DNA of 64,000 nucleotides from an uncultured Candidatus Saccharibacteria bacterium (GCA_965230995.1 OZ246398.1:73868-137867), one strand, 5' to 3'. Positions 29,121 through 39,372 are shown, counted from the first letter of the stretch. Notes: generated from the sequence alone by a model not told the origin. A program made the numbers and translations.

Positions 29121-29567
29121 TTAGTAACCGAGCACCTTTCCTCCAGCTTTAGTTATTTTTTCCAAAGCGCTTTTAGACACTTTACATTCTGCAACAGTAA
29201 TCTTTTTTGTTATTTCTCCAGTTCCGAGAATCTTTATTCTTGGTCGCTTTCCTTTTGAAATAGAAATTGCCTTTGTTGCGATTATCGTAGATGGTGTTAC
29301 TTTGTCGCCGTCTTTGAATAATTCATTTATAACAGCAAGGTTGATTGGAAACATTTTCTCATTTACAGGAGTGTTGATGTTTACACCTCGTCCTCGAAGT
29401 TTAGGAATCTTTTCGATGAATTCTCTTGCTTCTGGTCGCAATTTGCTACCAGCTCTGGCAGTCTGTCCCTTTCCTCCTCGTCCTGAGGTCTTTCCTCTCT
29501 TTCCTCCTCGTCCAATGTTCTTTGAATCCTTTAGAGGTGTTCTTCTTTTTAGTTCGTGTGTTTGCAT
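29121..29567 (-). CDS. rplO: 50S ribosomal protein L15
   Basis: GRGGKRGKTSGRGGKGQTAR. Confidence 0.95.
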   Translation of the reverse strand: MQTHELKRRTPLKDSKNIGRGGKRGKTSGRGGKGQTARAGSKLRPEAREFIEKIPKLRGRGVNINTPVNEKMFPINLAVINELFKDGDKVTPSTIIATKAISISKGKRPRIKILGTGEITKKITVAECKVSKSALEKITKAGGKVLGY

Positions 29568-29576
29568 ATTAGTATT

Positions 29577-30188
29577 TTATAGTTTTGCGAGCGCCTCGAT
29601 GGCAACACGAGCGTTGTTAATTTTGTTCTTTGATCTAGAAAATATTTTTGCTCCAACGTCTTTTATTCCACCTAATTCGAGCACTGTTCTAACAGATGAA
29701 CCAGCAATCAAACCTCTTTCTGGAGCTGGCATAATGAGAACTCGTGAGCTTGCGTATTTTGCTTCGACTTCTTTTGGAATTGAATTTGTCTTTGTTAATT
29801 TAACTCTGAGCATATTCTTTTCTGCATCTCTCAATGCTTTTTCAATTGCAAGAGCAGTGTCTGAAGCCTTACCCATTCCAACGCCGACTCGTCCTTTTTT
29901 GTCTCCAGCAACAATACCAACAGAGAAACTGAATCTTCGTCCACCTGAAACGACACGAGTCACTCTTCGAATACTGATTATCTTGTGTTCGAATTCTGAC
30001 TTTTGTCTTTCTGGTCGCTTTGATTGTCTTTTGTCTCCGTCTCGTCTTGGTCCGCCCTTTCCGTCTCTTCTCTGACCATTTCCACCTCTTGCCCTACCTC
30101 CAAAATCGCGTCGAGGAGGGAATTTTCGAGGCTCTGACTGTGGCTTTACCGCCTGAACTTCTTTTTTTGGTTCTTGTACGTTATCCAT
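29577..30188 (-). CDS. rpsE: 30S ribosomal protein S5
   Basis: RVTRVVSGGRRFSF. Confidence 0.97.
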   Translation of the reverse strand: MDNVQEPKKEVQAVKPQSEPRKFPPRRDFGGRARGGNGQRRDGKGGPRRDGDKRQSKRPERQKSEFEHKIISIRRVTRVVSGGRRFSFSVGIVAGDKKGRVGVGMGKASDTALAIEKALRDAEKNMLRVKLTKTNSIPKEVEAKYASSRVLIMPAPERGLIAGSSVRTVLELGGIKDVGAKIFSRSKNKINNARVAIEALAKL

Positions 30189-30198
30189 ATTGATTACA

Positions 30199-30549
30199 TT
30201 AAAATACGAGTCCGCCCTTTCGCGCTCCTTCTGCTAATTTTGCAATAACACCTGCATACGCAAATCCTCCTCTATCAAATACGACCTTTGAGATTCCTTT
30301 TTCTTTTGCTTTCTCTGCAATTTTTTGTCCTGCTTCATTCGCTCTTTCTCCAAGAGTTCCTTTCTTGATTTCCTTTGTTGATGAAGAAACGATTGTCTTT
30401 CCAGCTACGTCATCAATAACCTGCGCATAAATCGCAGTATTTGATTTAAAGATAGACAGCCTTGGTCTCTCTGCTGTACCAGACACTTTTGATCTTATTC
30501 TCTTGTGTCGTCTGTCTCTTTTTTCTGTTTTTATAGAAGTGTTTTTCAT
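30199..30549 (-). CDS. rplR: 50S ribosomal protein L18
   Basis: [15 protein letters not shown]. Confidence 0.97.
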   Translation of the reverse strand: MKNTSIKTEKRDRRHKRIRSKVSGTAERPRLSIFKSNTAIYAQVIDDVAGKTIVSSSTKEIKKGTLGERANEAGQKIAEKAKEKGISKVVFDRGGFAYAGVIAKLAEGARKGGLVF

Positions 30550-30558
30550 ATGCGTTGA

Positions 30559-31092
30559 CTATACTGATTTCTTACCTTCTTTTCGTTTGATAACTTCATC
30601 ATCATATCGGAAACCTTTTCCTTTGTATGGTTCAGGTTTCTTTAGAGCCCGCACAGAAGCAGAGAAGCTTCCAACGAGTTCTTTGTCGATACCTGTAAAT
30701 GTAACAAGGTTTTTCTCGGCTGTTACTGTAATACCCTCTGGAATTGAAACATTTACTGGATGAGAAAATCCAAGAGCAAGCACAAGATTCTTTCCTTTTA
30801 CTTCTGATTTAAAACCAACTCCTTCGAGGATAAGTTTCTTTACGCAAGGAGTATTAACACCTTCAATCATATTTTCGATATGAGAAGCTGTTGTTCCCCA
30901 TAGAGCCTTTAGAGAACTGCTGTTTCTTGTAGGTTCAAAAGTTATTTTATTTCCATCTATTTTGATTTTTATAGCTGAATCAAACTTTCGTGTGAGTGTT
31001 CCGAGTTTACCTTTTACAGTTACGATATTTCCGTCCATTGTAACGGTAGTTCCAGCAGGGATTTCAATTTCTTTTTTTCCAATTCTTGACAT
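30559..31092 (-). CDS. rplF: 50S ribosomal protein L6
   Basis: MSRIGK, PEPYKGKG. Confidence 0.97.
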   Translation of the reverse strand: MSRIGKKEIEIPAGTTVTMDGNIVTVKGKLGTLTRKFDSAIKIKIDGNKITFEPTRNSSSLKALWGTTASHIENMIEGVNTPCVKKLILEGVGFKSEVKGKNLVLALGFSHPVNVSIPEGITVTAEKNLVTFTGIDKELVGSFSASVRALKKPEPYKGKGFRYDDEVIKRKEGKKSV

Positions 31093-31101
31093 ATTCGTGT
31101 A

Positions 31102-31494
31102 TTACCAAACTTTTAATAGAAGTTCCCCGCCGACCTTTTGCTTTCGTGCTTCAGATCCAGACAAAATACCCTTTGGGGTAGTCATCACCAAAAGTCCAGC
31201 ACCGTTCTTTACTGGTCTTATCTCGCTAACTGAACCGTAGATTCTTTTTGAGAATTTAGAAACTTTTGATGTTCCTGTTATTTTTGGATTCTTTCCTTCG
31301 TATTTTAGAGTTATTACTATCGCTTTCTCAGAGACTTTTTTACCTTTTGTATCTACATCAGCAATGAAGCCTTCCTTTTTCAAGACTTCGCAAATCGCAA
31401 ATTTTATTTTTGAATATGGAACTTCGACGGTATCCTTTCGGACCACGCCGGCGTTCTTTATCCTTATCATCATGTCTGCTACAGAGTCGTTCAT
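31102..31494 (-). CDS. rpsH: 30S ribosomal protein S8
   Basis: DSVADMMIRIKNA, VGGELL..VW. Confidence 0.97.
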   Translation of the reverse strand: MNDSVADMMIRIKNAGVVRKDTVEVPYSKIKFAICEVLKKEGFIADVDTKGKKVSEKAIVITLKYEGKNPKITGTSKVSKFSKRIYGSVSEIRPVKNGAGLLVMTTPKGILSGSEARKQKVGGELLLKVW

Positions 31495-31524
31495 AATATT
31501 ATTTCAAATTAAAGCAGGAAATTC

Positions 31525-31710
31525 CTACCACGATGACTTTTTAATACCTGGAATTACGCCTTCGTTTGCGTATTCCCTAAAACAGATTCGACACAAGTCG
31601 AAATCTCTCATAAAACCATTTGTTCGACCACATTTAAAACAACGATTTGTTCTTCGTGTGCTAAACTTTTGCTTCTTTTGCGATCTTGCAATTACTGATG
31701 TCTTTGCCAT
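31525..31710 (-). CDS. rpsN: 30S ribosomal protein S14 (zinc-binding short type)
   Basis: CFKCGR...CRICFRE, KKSSW. Confidence 0.96.
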   Translation of the reverse strand: MAKTSVIARSQKKQKFSTRRTNRCFKCGRTNGFMRDFDLCRICFREYANEGVIPGIKKSSW

Positions 31711-31837
31711 ATATGTTTTGATTGATAATTAAACAAAAATAGTCAACAAAAAGGGACTATTTTGCTTGTCTGCAATGTAGGATTGTAATCCAAACGCGCA
31801 GACTTCCCTTATGAAAGCGCCAAAACGCTTGGGTGAT

Positions 31838-31865
31838 ATACTACCATAATCAGAAAAAAGCGCAA
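31838..31865 (-). promoter_or_regulatory. Internal sigma70 promoter for the rpsN-secY segment
   Basis: TTGCGC-16-TAGTAT with TGn extension, just after hairpin 31869-31891. Confidence 0.55.
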
Positions 31866-31909
31866 GGAACCGCGCGCCTACGGCGCGCGGTGGTTTAGGC
31901 CTTAAAAAT

Positions 31910-33250
31910 CTATTCCGAAAGTAATCTTCTTACTGTTTTATGCCAGTCTTTTAGTTTCTTTAGACTTAGTAATGCAACAGCTTCTTCATTTGTATACCCA
32001 CCTTTTTTAATTAATTCATCAAATGCCTTAAAGGCAATTTCTAATTGTTTTTCATATTCACCAACAAGGGCACTGACAATTTTTTGATTTAGTTTATCGT
32101 TTTTCCCAGAGTTAATTAGACTAGCAATTTCTTCTGGAATATAAAAATAGACAGGAAGCGACCATGCAGTTTTATCAAATCTTAATAGTTTGTATATTTC
32201 TTCTGTTTCCTGATTCTCAGCCTTTTTTCTGACTAGAAACTCATCTTTTGCCTGTTCAAGCATAAATTCCTTTATGGAACGTATGTCTTTTATTGTATTT
32301 TCATCAATCTCTTTATTTATAAGTAAGGATACGGCAAGTCGAATTTTTGCTGAAAAATAATCATTAAGGGCAGCAGTACCATTTATAGCAACATAAAGCA
32401 GATAATTGCCGACGTGACCAACTTCATGAGCAACTGTAGATTGATATTCTTCTGAATCCTTATCCACGAGAAATTCTGAGACAAAAGATGGGTCTAGACG
32501 GTTGGAATTTTCTTTAATTTTCTTTGCAAGTAGTACCAATCTATCCTCGTCCTTTGTCAGTTCCTTTCGGGCAGAAAATATAACAGGTACAACGCGACCA
32601 GCAAACTCTCTAAAAACCATTAATCCTCCTCGAGATCTACCACTTGCACTATCAAAAAAAGGAGAGTCATTTTCTATATGAATATATGTAGAATGAAATG
32701 TCACTTTCGCATTTAATAATTGATTGTACTCTGCGGTTTCTGAAAGCATTCCTAATATTTCTGTTTCTGTGTATTTATTTTTTAAAAACAATAAATCAAA
32801 AAAGAATTCCTCTAGTCTACTGAACCACCTAAGCATCTTCTCTCTATCATTTTTAAACAAAAGCTTATGGTCTTCGAGATGCATAATTGCTTCAAATAAA
32901 ATACTAGAAAATTCTTCTTTTGTAACATCATCAGGAATACTATCAATGGCTTTTTCAACATCCATCAAAAGGGCACCAAAAACTTCTAGCTCATCATTTG
33001 CTAGTTTTACAACATCTTTTACGTGTTCTCTTCTCTCTTTTTTAGGTAGTTTTAGTATTTAATTTAAAGCCTCTTTTGCTGTCATAGTATATTGAGACTT
33101 GTCTTTACTATGTAGTCGTTCAACAGTAGTGGTAATTAATTTACTTGTAGGTTTAATTGGGTTCCCTATATCTTCTTCGTCTCCAGAGGTCCTTTTTGGT
33201 CCATTCTCGCTTGTAATCTTGTTTGTTGGTATCTTGTCTAACATATACAC
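31910..33250 (-). pseudogene. HExxH-containing hypothetical protein interrupted by one in-frame TAA (33059-33061)
   Basis: ORFs 33059-33250 and 31910-32968 share a frame; reads EALN*ILKLPKKERREH with no other stop; AHEVGH motif. Confidence 0.7.
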
Positions 33251-33313
33251 ATATTAGCATTTTAATATACAAACAAAAAATACCCCGCTTTTGCGGAGTA
33301 TTTTTTGTTTTGA

Positions 33314-33859
33314 TTATTTAACTTGAGCTTTTTTGAAAGGAAAACCTAGGTGTTTAAAGAATTCGAGAGCTTGTTTTTTGTCTTTTGCTGTTGTTACGAA
33401 AGTAATTGCCATCCCGAATATATCTCTAACGTCTTCGTCTGCTGTTTCTGGGAAGATTGTATGTTCTTTGATTCCCAATGTGTAGTTTCCGATATCATCG
33501 ATTGAAGATTCAGATATTCCTCGGAAGTCTTTTGTTCGAGGAAGAGCAGTAAGAAGAAGCCTGTCAACGAAAGCCTCCATTCTTGTACCTCTCAAGGTAA
33601 CCTGATAGCCAACAATATCACCTTGTCTCAATTTGAATGTAGCAATAGACATTCTAGCTGGTCTTCCAGCTGGCTTTTGTCCTGTGATTTTTGCAAGTCT
33701 GTCCTGAATAAGCTTCATCTTGTTCTTGTCTTTTACAGAACCGACTCCAACGCTCACAATAACCTTTGAAAGTTTTGGAGCTTGCATAGGGTTCTTTAGC
33801 CCCAATGTATCTTTGAGAACTTTAAAGCTTGTATTGTTTTTTTCTTTTGTTATAGACAT
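33314..33859 (-). CDS. rplE: 50S ribosomal protein L5
   Basis: ITGQKP, LPRTKDFRG, GNYTLGIKEH. Confidence 0.97.
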   Translation of the reverse strand: MSITKEKNNTSFKVLKDTLGLKNPMQAPKLSKVIVSVGVGSVKDKNKMKLIQDRLAKITGQKPAGRPARMSIATFKLRQGDIVGYQVTLRGTRMEAFVDRLLLTALPRTKDFRGISESSIDDIGNYTLGIKEHTIFPETADEDVRDIFGMAITFVTTAKDKKQALEFFKHLGFPFKKAQVK

Positions 33860-33873
33860 ATTCAGTTTGAAAA

Positions 33874-34179
33874 TTATATCGTTGCTGAGCTTTTCTTTGC
33901 GATTCTTTCTTTTTTGTCTCCGTTTACTTTGTAACCAATTCTAGTTCCTTTTTTTGTTTTAGGATCTACAATCATTACGTTTGAAACGTGAATAGGCATT
34001 GTCACTTCGACAATCTGGCCTTTTCCGCCTTTCTTTGTTTTTTTCTTGTGGACTTTTCTGACATTAACACCTTCGATTACTACCCTGTCTTCTTTTGGAA
34101 GTGCGTGAACAACCTTTCCAGACTTTCCTTTGTCCTTTCCGGCTATCACTATTACGTTGTCGTCTTTCTTGATTTTCAT
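33874..34179 (-). CDS. rplX: 50S ribosomal protein L24
   Basis: MKIKKDDNV.VIAGKDKGK, PIHVSNV. Confidence 0.97.
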   Translation of the reverse strand: MKIKKDDNVIVIAGKDKGKSGKVVHALPKEDRVVIEGVNVRKVHKKKTKKGGKGQIVEVTMPIHVSNVMIVDPKTKKGTRIGYKVNGDKKERIAKKSSATI

Positions 34180-34186
34180 AATGTTT

Positions 34187-34558
34187 TTATACAACCTCTG
34201 GCGCAAGGGAAATAATCTTCTGGAAACCAGCCTCTCCCACTTCTCTTGGGATTGGGCCGAAGACACGTCCTGCGATAGGTTCTTTCTTTATCTTTTCTAC
34301 CAAAACGACGGCGTTTTCATCGAATCTAACGTATGATCCGTCCTTTCGTCTGATTGGTCTCTTTGTTCGTACCACAACGGCTCGGACAACTTCTTTTTTC
34401 TTTACGCCTTTTCGTGGTTCTGCCTTTTGTATTGAAATGACTACGAGTTCACCAACTTCTGCCCATCTCTTTTTTGATGAACCAAGCACTTTGAAAATTC
34501 GTCCTATCTTGGCGCCAGAGTTGTCGGCTATTTTAACTATTGATCGTGGCTGAATCAT
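34187..34558 (-). CDS. rplN: 50S ribosomal protein L14
   Basis: ADNSGAK, FDENAVV, SLAPEV. Confidence 0.98.
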   Translation of the reverse strand: MIQPRSIVKIADNSGAKIGRIFKVLGSSKKRWAEVGELVVISIQKAEPRKGVKKKEVVRAVVVRTKRPIRRKDGSYVRFDENAVVLVEKIKKEPIAGRVFGPIPREVGEAGFQKIISLAPEVV

Positions 34559-34562
34559 ATTA

Positions 34563-34823
34563 TTAAATTACTTTAAAAGTCTTTGTTTTTGAAATTGGCT
34601 TTACTTCGACAATTGTAACTGTTTCGCCAATTTTCTTTGTATTACCAGCATCGTGTGCTTTTATTCTTTTGCTTCTCTTTATGAATTTCTGATATTTTGG
34701 ATGTTTTACATATCGTCCAACTTCGACAACAATAGTGTCTTTCATTTTGTCAGAAACAACCATACCTTTGAATGTTTTCTGGCTTTTTATCTCTGTATTA
34801 TTATTTGAAGCTGTTTTTGTCAT
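34563..34823 (-). CDS. rpsQ: 30S ribosomal protein S17
   Basis: [22 protein letters not shown]. Confidence 0.97.
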   Translation of the reverse strand: MTKTASNNNTEIKSQKTFKGMVVSDKMKDTIVVEVGRYVKHPKYQKFIKRSKRIKAHDAGNTKKIGETVTIVEVKPISKTKTFKVI

Positions 34824-34824
34824 A

Positions 34825-35007
34825 TTATGCCTTTCTTGAATTTAATTCTGTAAGAAGTCTTGCTATATCTTTTTTCAAGTTCTTGCCAAGTTTTACATTT
34901 CTAGTCTTGCTTCCAGAGAGATCAAAACGAAACTGCCTTAGTTCGGCTTTCTTATCCCTTATATCCTTTAGGATATCTTTATCTGATTTTTTGCTGATCT
35001 CTTTCAT
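34825..35007 (-). CDS. rpmC: 50S ribosomal protein L29
   Basis: KKDIARLLT; synteny. Confidence 0.93.
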   Translation of the reverse strand: MKEISKKSDKDILKDIRDKKAELRQFRFDLSGSKTRNVKLGKNLKKDIARLLTELNSRKA

Positions 35008-35050
35008 AATAAGCTACTAGACTACATTATTTATCTAAAAAACACAATGG

Positions 35051-35476
35051 TTAAGCTCTGACTACGAATTTTACCTTTACAGGGAGCTTTGCTCCTGCTT
35101 TTCGAAGCGCTTCTTTTGCAACCTCTTCAGAAACACCATCTACTTCAAACAAAACGTTTCCTGCCAAAACTGGGGCAACATAACCCTGAAGGTCTCCCTT
35201 TCCTTTTCCGAGTTTAACTTCGGCTGGCTTTTGTGTATAAGGCATATCAGGGAAAACTCTAACCCAAAGCTTTCCTGCTTTTCCGATTGTTCTTGAAACA
35301 ACCTTTCTTGCAGATTCAAGCTGGTTTGATTTTATTCGTCCCATCTCTGTTGCTTTGATACCGTATGAACCAAAAGAAACTTTTGTTCCTCTTGTGGCGT
35401 TACCAACACGGCTAGGATTTCGCCTAAATGTGTGCCACTTTCGATGTTTAACTTTCTTTGGAAAAAATTGTGACAT
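35051..35476 (-). CDS. rplP: 50S ribosomal protein L16
   Basis: WVRVFPD, KPAEVKLGKGKG. Confidence 0.97.
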   Translation of the reverse strand: MSQFFPKKVKHRKWHTFRRNPSRVGNATRGTKVSFGSYGIKATEMGRIKSNQLESARKVVSRTIGKAGKLWVRVFPDMPYTQKPAEVKLGKGKGDLQGYVAPVLAGNVLFEVDGVSEEVAKEALRKAGAKLPVKVKFVVRA

Positions 35477-35481
35477 GGTAA

Positions 35482-36150
35482 TTAATTATTCTTTTCTTTT
35501 GCAAAAATATCACCTTTGTATATCCAAACCTTGATACCAATCACTCCATAAGGAAGGTTGGCTCGATATCTGGCAAAATCAACATTGGCTCGGATCGTTT
35601 GAAGAGGAATTCGGCCCTTTTTCATTTTTTCTGTTCTAGCCATTTCTGCTCCTCCAAGTCTTCCGCCCATTTCAAATCTAGCACCCAAGACTTCTCTGTT
35701 TGCCATTACCTTTTCAATCATTTGCTTCATTACTCTTCGGAAAGGAAGTCTTTTTTCGAGTCCTTCTGCAATCATTTCTCCTACAATTCTTGCATTTCCT
35801 TCTGGATTTCGAATTTCTTTTACATCAAGCCTAAGCTCTTCTGTTCCGAGAACATTCTTCTTTCGAAGTTCTTTTGTGATTTCGTCTCGCAATTTTTGAG
35901 CACCTTCTCCGCTTCTTCCGATAACGAGTCCCGGTCTTCCTGTTTCGATAATAATTCGAAGATATTTCTGGCTTCTTTCTATCTCGATATTACCGACGCT
36001 CATATTTCGAAGTCTCTTTTCGAGATATTCTCTTATAACAATGTCACCCCTTAGGTTCTTTTTGTAGGCATCTTTTACGCCGAACCAACGACTTTTCCAG
36101 TCTTTTATTACTCCGAGTCTATGTGAATATGGGTGAACTGTATGTGACAT
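35482..36150 (-). CDS. rpsC: 30S ribosomal protein S3
   Basis: GRLGGAEMAR, YGVIGIKVWIYKG. Confidence 0.98.
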   Translation of the reverse strand: MSHTVHPYSHRLGVIKDWKSRWFGVKDAYKKNLRGDIVIREYLEKRLRNMSVGNIEIERSQKYLRIIIETGRPGLVIGRSGEGAQKLRDEITKELRKKNVLGTEELRLDVKEIRNPEGNARIVGEMIAEGLEKRLPFRRVMKQMIEKVMANREVLGARFEMGGRLGGAEMARTEKMKKGRIPLQTIRANVDFARYRANLPYGVIGIKVWIYKGDIFAKEKNN

Positions 36151-36169
36151 ATTTGTTTATAATTTTCGA

Positions 36170-36625
36170 TTATTTAGTTTCTTTTTTTGCTTTTGTAGTC
36201 TTTCTTGTAGTGGTCTTTTTTACTTTTGTCGCAACTGTTTTCTTTTCTACTGTTTTCTTTTCTTTGGCTTCTGGCTTTTTTTCTTTTGGAGCCTCGGTTG
36301 ATTCAAGAGTAACTTTGAGGTGGCTTGTTCTCTTTCTGATTGGGAAAGCTCTACCTCTTGCTCTTTCCATTCGTCTCATCATTACAATTCCCTTGTCGAC
36401 TGTTAGATTCTTTACGACTAGAGATTCTTCGGAATATCCGAGTGTCTTTGCATTTGAAACCGCAGAAAGGATAAGTTTTTTAACTGGATCAGAAGCTCTC
36501 TTTGGAAGAAGAGAAAGTCTTGAGACAGCGTTTGCAATCTTTTTTCCTTTTACATAATCAGCAACAAGTCGCACCTTTCTAGGAGACTGTCTGTAGTTTT
36601 TAAGTTGTGCTGTAATATATGACAT
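36170..36625 (-). CDS. rplV: 50S ribosomal protein L22 with Lys-rich C-terminal tail
   Basis: RQSPRKVRLVAD, RARGRA..IRKRTSH. Confidence 0.97.
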   Translation of the reverse strand: MSYITAQLKNYRQSPRKVRLVADYVKGKKIANAVSRLSLLPKRASDPVKKLILSAVSNAKTLGYSEESLVVKNLTVDKGIVMMRRMERARGRAFPIRKRTSHLKVTLESTEAPKEKKPEAKEKKTVEKKTVATKVKKTTTRKTTKAKKETK

Positions 36626-36634
36626 AATCCTTTA

Positions 36635-36973
36635 TTATTTAGATGCTGTTGTAGCCTTTGCTGATTGTGCTGCAGTAATTTCTGCCTGCTTCTTTGCGGC
36701 ATCAATTTCCTTTTGCATTTTACCTCCATGTCTGTGGAATGTTCGTGTAAGTGAAAATTCACCCAATCTGTGTCCAACCATTTCTTCTGTAACCAATACT
36801 TCGATATGAGTCTTTCCGTTGTGAACACCAAAAGTGAAACCTACCATTTCTGGAGATATTTGGCATGCTCTTGACCAAGTTTTAATAACCCCAGTTTCTC
36901 TTGGGTTCTTGCCGAGAACTTTATTTAGGACTCGTTCATCTACATATGGTCCTTTTTTTAGCGACCTAGTCAT
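36635..36973 (-). CDS. rpsS: 30S ribosomal protein S19
   Basis: [18 protein letters not shown]. Confidence 0.98.
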   Translation of the reverse strand: MTRSLKKGPYVDERVLNKVLGKNPRETGVIKTWSRACQISPEMVGFTFGVHNGKTHIEVLVTEEMVGHRLGEFSLTRTFHRHGGKMQKEIDAAKKQAEITAAQSAKATTASK

Positions 36974-37021
36974 TTGATTGCGTTTCGTAAATTAAAATGC
37001 CCCTACATAGAGCTGGGCTAC

Positions 37022-37049
37022 ATAGTAGCAAAAAATAAAAATGTGTCAA
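37022..37049 (-). promoter_or_regulatory. Internal sigma70 promoter for the rpsS-rplE segment
   Basis: TTGACA-16-TACTAT with TGn extension. Confidence 0.6.
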
Positions 37050-37128
37050 ACGAAAAAACGGTTTTTTATATAAAACAGAAACACCCCACAAGGAGGAGGG
37101 GGTGTCCCTGCCCTTTTGGGGTGTAAAT

Positions 37129-37356
37129 TCACTTTTTGATTTCGAACCCGAAATCGTCTGCGAGTTTGATTACCTCGCTAGAGTCCGGGTTTTCCGCCAG
37201 CATCGCGCCAACTTTCATTGACGCATCCTTGTGGTTTGGGGAACACCCAAACACCTTTCTGAACCGCTTGAGTCGGGAATACCTCCTCGAGCGGGTGAGG
37301 CCGTAAACGGCCTGCATGAGAATCATCCCGGCAATGACAGCCAACACATAAAGCAT
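37129..37356 (-). CDS. Small GC-rich membrane-anchored hypothetical protein
   Basis: TATAAT upstream, GAGGT SD, N-terminal hydrophobic helix. Confidence 0.65.
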   Translation of the reverse strand: MLYVLAVIAGMILMQAVYGLTRSRRYSRLKRFRKVFGCSPNHKDASMKVGAMLAENPDSSEVIKLADDFGFEIKK

Positions 37357-37445
37357 AGTTTACCTCGGGTTTTGGTTTCTGGCTTAGTTTCTCCGCTACA
37401 TATTATAACACACTCATTTTAAAAAAGCAACAGCGCGTAGCACTT

Positions 37446-38099
37446 CTAGTTTTCTAAAATATCTAGAAATTCCAGCTCTTTTTGAATCTTTTTCTCGTAT
37501 TCTTTTAAAAATTCTATGTAATCGACAGCAATTTGTTTTGCCTTTTCGATATGAAAAATAGGCATATAATCACGAATATTTGTCCTTATGTCATCTAAAA
37601 TGCTTTTGGGATCTGCGTATGTTGATTCTGGATTAATGCTGTATAAATAGTTATGTTCATATATGGGTAAATGGGGTGAAAATTGCCCAGATCTTATGAT
37701 TACAGAAGGTGATAGGTTTGCTAATTTATCAGAATCTTGGAGTATTTTTTGGGTCTCTGATTTATGTTCCGGAGAAATATGCGAATGCTCAAGGACTGCA
37801 AAATATATCTCTTGTTTTTCAGATTCAGAAAAATTATCTCCTGTCATTTCAATCATTTCTTTTACTTTTTTTGATACGCTATCACTCGAAACCAGTCTAT
37901 CGATAGAATGAATGAGGCCTGCGACAAAAGCAGTATTTGCAGTTTTTTCGTCACCAGCAATTTTTAGAGCATAGCTCGCAACAGAGATATCATGATCAAA
38001 GCCGTGTCCCCTATTCTTTTTTTCTGAAGTCTTGTGCAAATCTGATATCGCTTCGTATAGATTTTTGTACTTTTCCTTTAATTCTTTAAATGTGGGCAT
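37446..38099 (-). CDS. HD-domain-like protein
   Basis: GHGFDH...GLIHSID...EH...QDSDKL pattern. Confidence 0.65.
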   Translation of the reverse strand: MPTFKELKEKYKNLYEAISDLHKTSEKKNRGHGFDHDISVASYALKIAGDEKTANTAFVAGLIHSIDRLVSSDSVSKKVKEMIEMTGDNFSESEKQEIYFAVLEHSHISPEHKSETQKILQDSDKLANLSPSVIIRSGQFSPHLPIYEHNYLYSINPESTYADPKSILDDIRTNIRDYMPIFHIEKAKQIAVDYIEFLKEYEKKIQKELEFLDILEN

Positions 38100-38140
38100 T
38101 GATTTATTATAACAAAAAGACCCCGCAGGGTCTTTTTGTT

Positions 38141-38980
38141 TTATTTCTTTCCAACTTTTCGTCTTCGAACAACAAGATAATTTGAGTATTTCTTTGGAGT
38201 TCTTGATTTCTGTCCTTTTCCTGTTGGTTTTCCGTAAATAGAGATTGCTCGTCTTCGTCCTCGTCCCTGTCTTCCTTCTCCACCACCATGTGGGTGATCA
38301 ACTGGGTTCATTGCAGTACCTCTAACTGTTGGTCTTATACCCTTCCATCTGCTTCTTCCGGCCTTTCCGAGATTAACCAAATGATGCTCTTCGTTTGAAA
38401 CCTGTCCGATTGATGCCCATGCTGTATCTAGAATTTTTCTTACTTCAGATGAAGGCATTTTGATATGAGCATAACCACCATCGTGAGCAATGACTTCAGC
38501 GTAGTTTCCGGCTGATCTTGCCAATTTTGCTCCACCAAGAGGTTTGACTTCGACATTGTATACAAATGTACCAACCTGAATATATTTGAGCTGTGCTCTG
38601 TTTCCTGGTTTGAGAGGGGCTTCTTTTGAGACAATCAATTCTTCACCGACTTTTACAGTCTGAGGCAAAAGGGTGTATCTCTTTTCTCCGTCTTTGTAAT
38701 TTACAAGACCGATGAAACCAGATCGGTTTGGATCGTATTCTACTGAAACAACCTTGAAAGGAATATCAATTTTGTCCATCTTGAAATCAACAAGTCGGTA
38801 TAGTTTTTTGTGTCCTGCACCCTTGTGTCTTGTGTTGATTCTACCTGTATTTCCCCTTCCTACTGATCGCTTGTAACCTTTTGTAAGAGACTTGATTGGC
38901 TCTGCCACTGTCAAAACCTTTCGGTAATTAATACCGGTCATATTTCGACGTGAAGGTGATGTTGGTTTATAGGTTTTCAT
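38141..38980 (-). CDS. rplB: 50S ribosomal protein L2
   Basis: EYDPNRS, RGTAMNPVDHPHGGGEG. Confidence 0.99.
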   Translation of the reverse strand: MKTYKPTSPSRRNMTGINYRKVLTVAEPIKSLTKGYKRSVGRGNTGRINTRHKGAGHKKLYRLVDFKMDKIDIPFKVVSVEYDPNRSGFIGLVNYKDGEKRYTLLPQTVKVGEELIVSKEAPLKPGNRAQLKYIQVGTFVYNVEVKPLGGAKLARSAGNYAEVIAHDGGYAHIKMPSSEVRKILDTAWASIGQVSNEEHHLVNLGKAGRSRWKGIRPTVRGTAMNPVDHPHGGGEGRQGRGRRRAISIYGKPTGKGQKSRTPKKYSNYLVVRRRKVGKK

Positions 38981-39001
38981 ATTATTTGTGGCAGTGTTTT
39001 A

Positions 39002-39358
39002 TTATACAATCTCGATTTTTTCTTTTTTATCTACATATACATAAGCTTTCTTTCCTCCTTTCTTTGTTCCCCATTTTCCTCTGATGAAAGCTGTTTTTGA
39101 TGGGACTTTTGTCACTCTGATTTTAACTGGAGTGACTTTGTATGTTTCTTTTATCGCAAGAGCAACATCGTGCTTTGTTGATTTTGTGTCTACATCAAAG
39201 ACATAAACATTTTTGTCAGCCGAAAAAGTGGCTTTTTCTGTTATTCGAGGCGCTTTGATAATTCCGCCCAATGTTCTTTCGCCCAAAGAAGCTTCTTTTG
39301 TTGTTTTAGCAACTACTTCTTCTTTTTTGTCTTCACTTTTTTTGCTGAATAATGCCAT
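39002..39358 (-). CDS. rplW: 50S ribosomal protein L23
   Basis: PRITEKA, KKAYV; synteny. Confidence 0.93.
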   Translation of the reverse strand: MALFSKKSEDKKEEVVAKTTKEASLGERTLGGIIKAPRITEKATFSADKNVYVFDVDTKSTKHDVALAIKETYKVTPVKIRVTKVPSKTAFIRGKWGTKKGGKKAYVYVDKKEKIEIV

Positions 39359-39372
39359 ATTGGTATTTTAGA

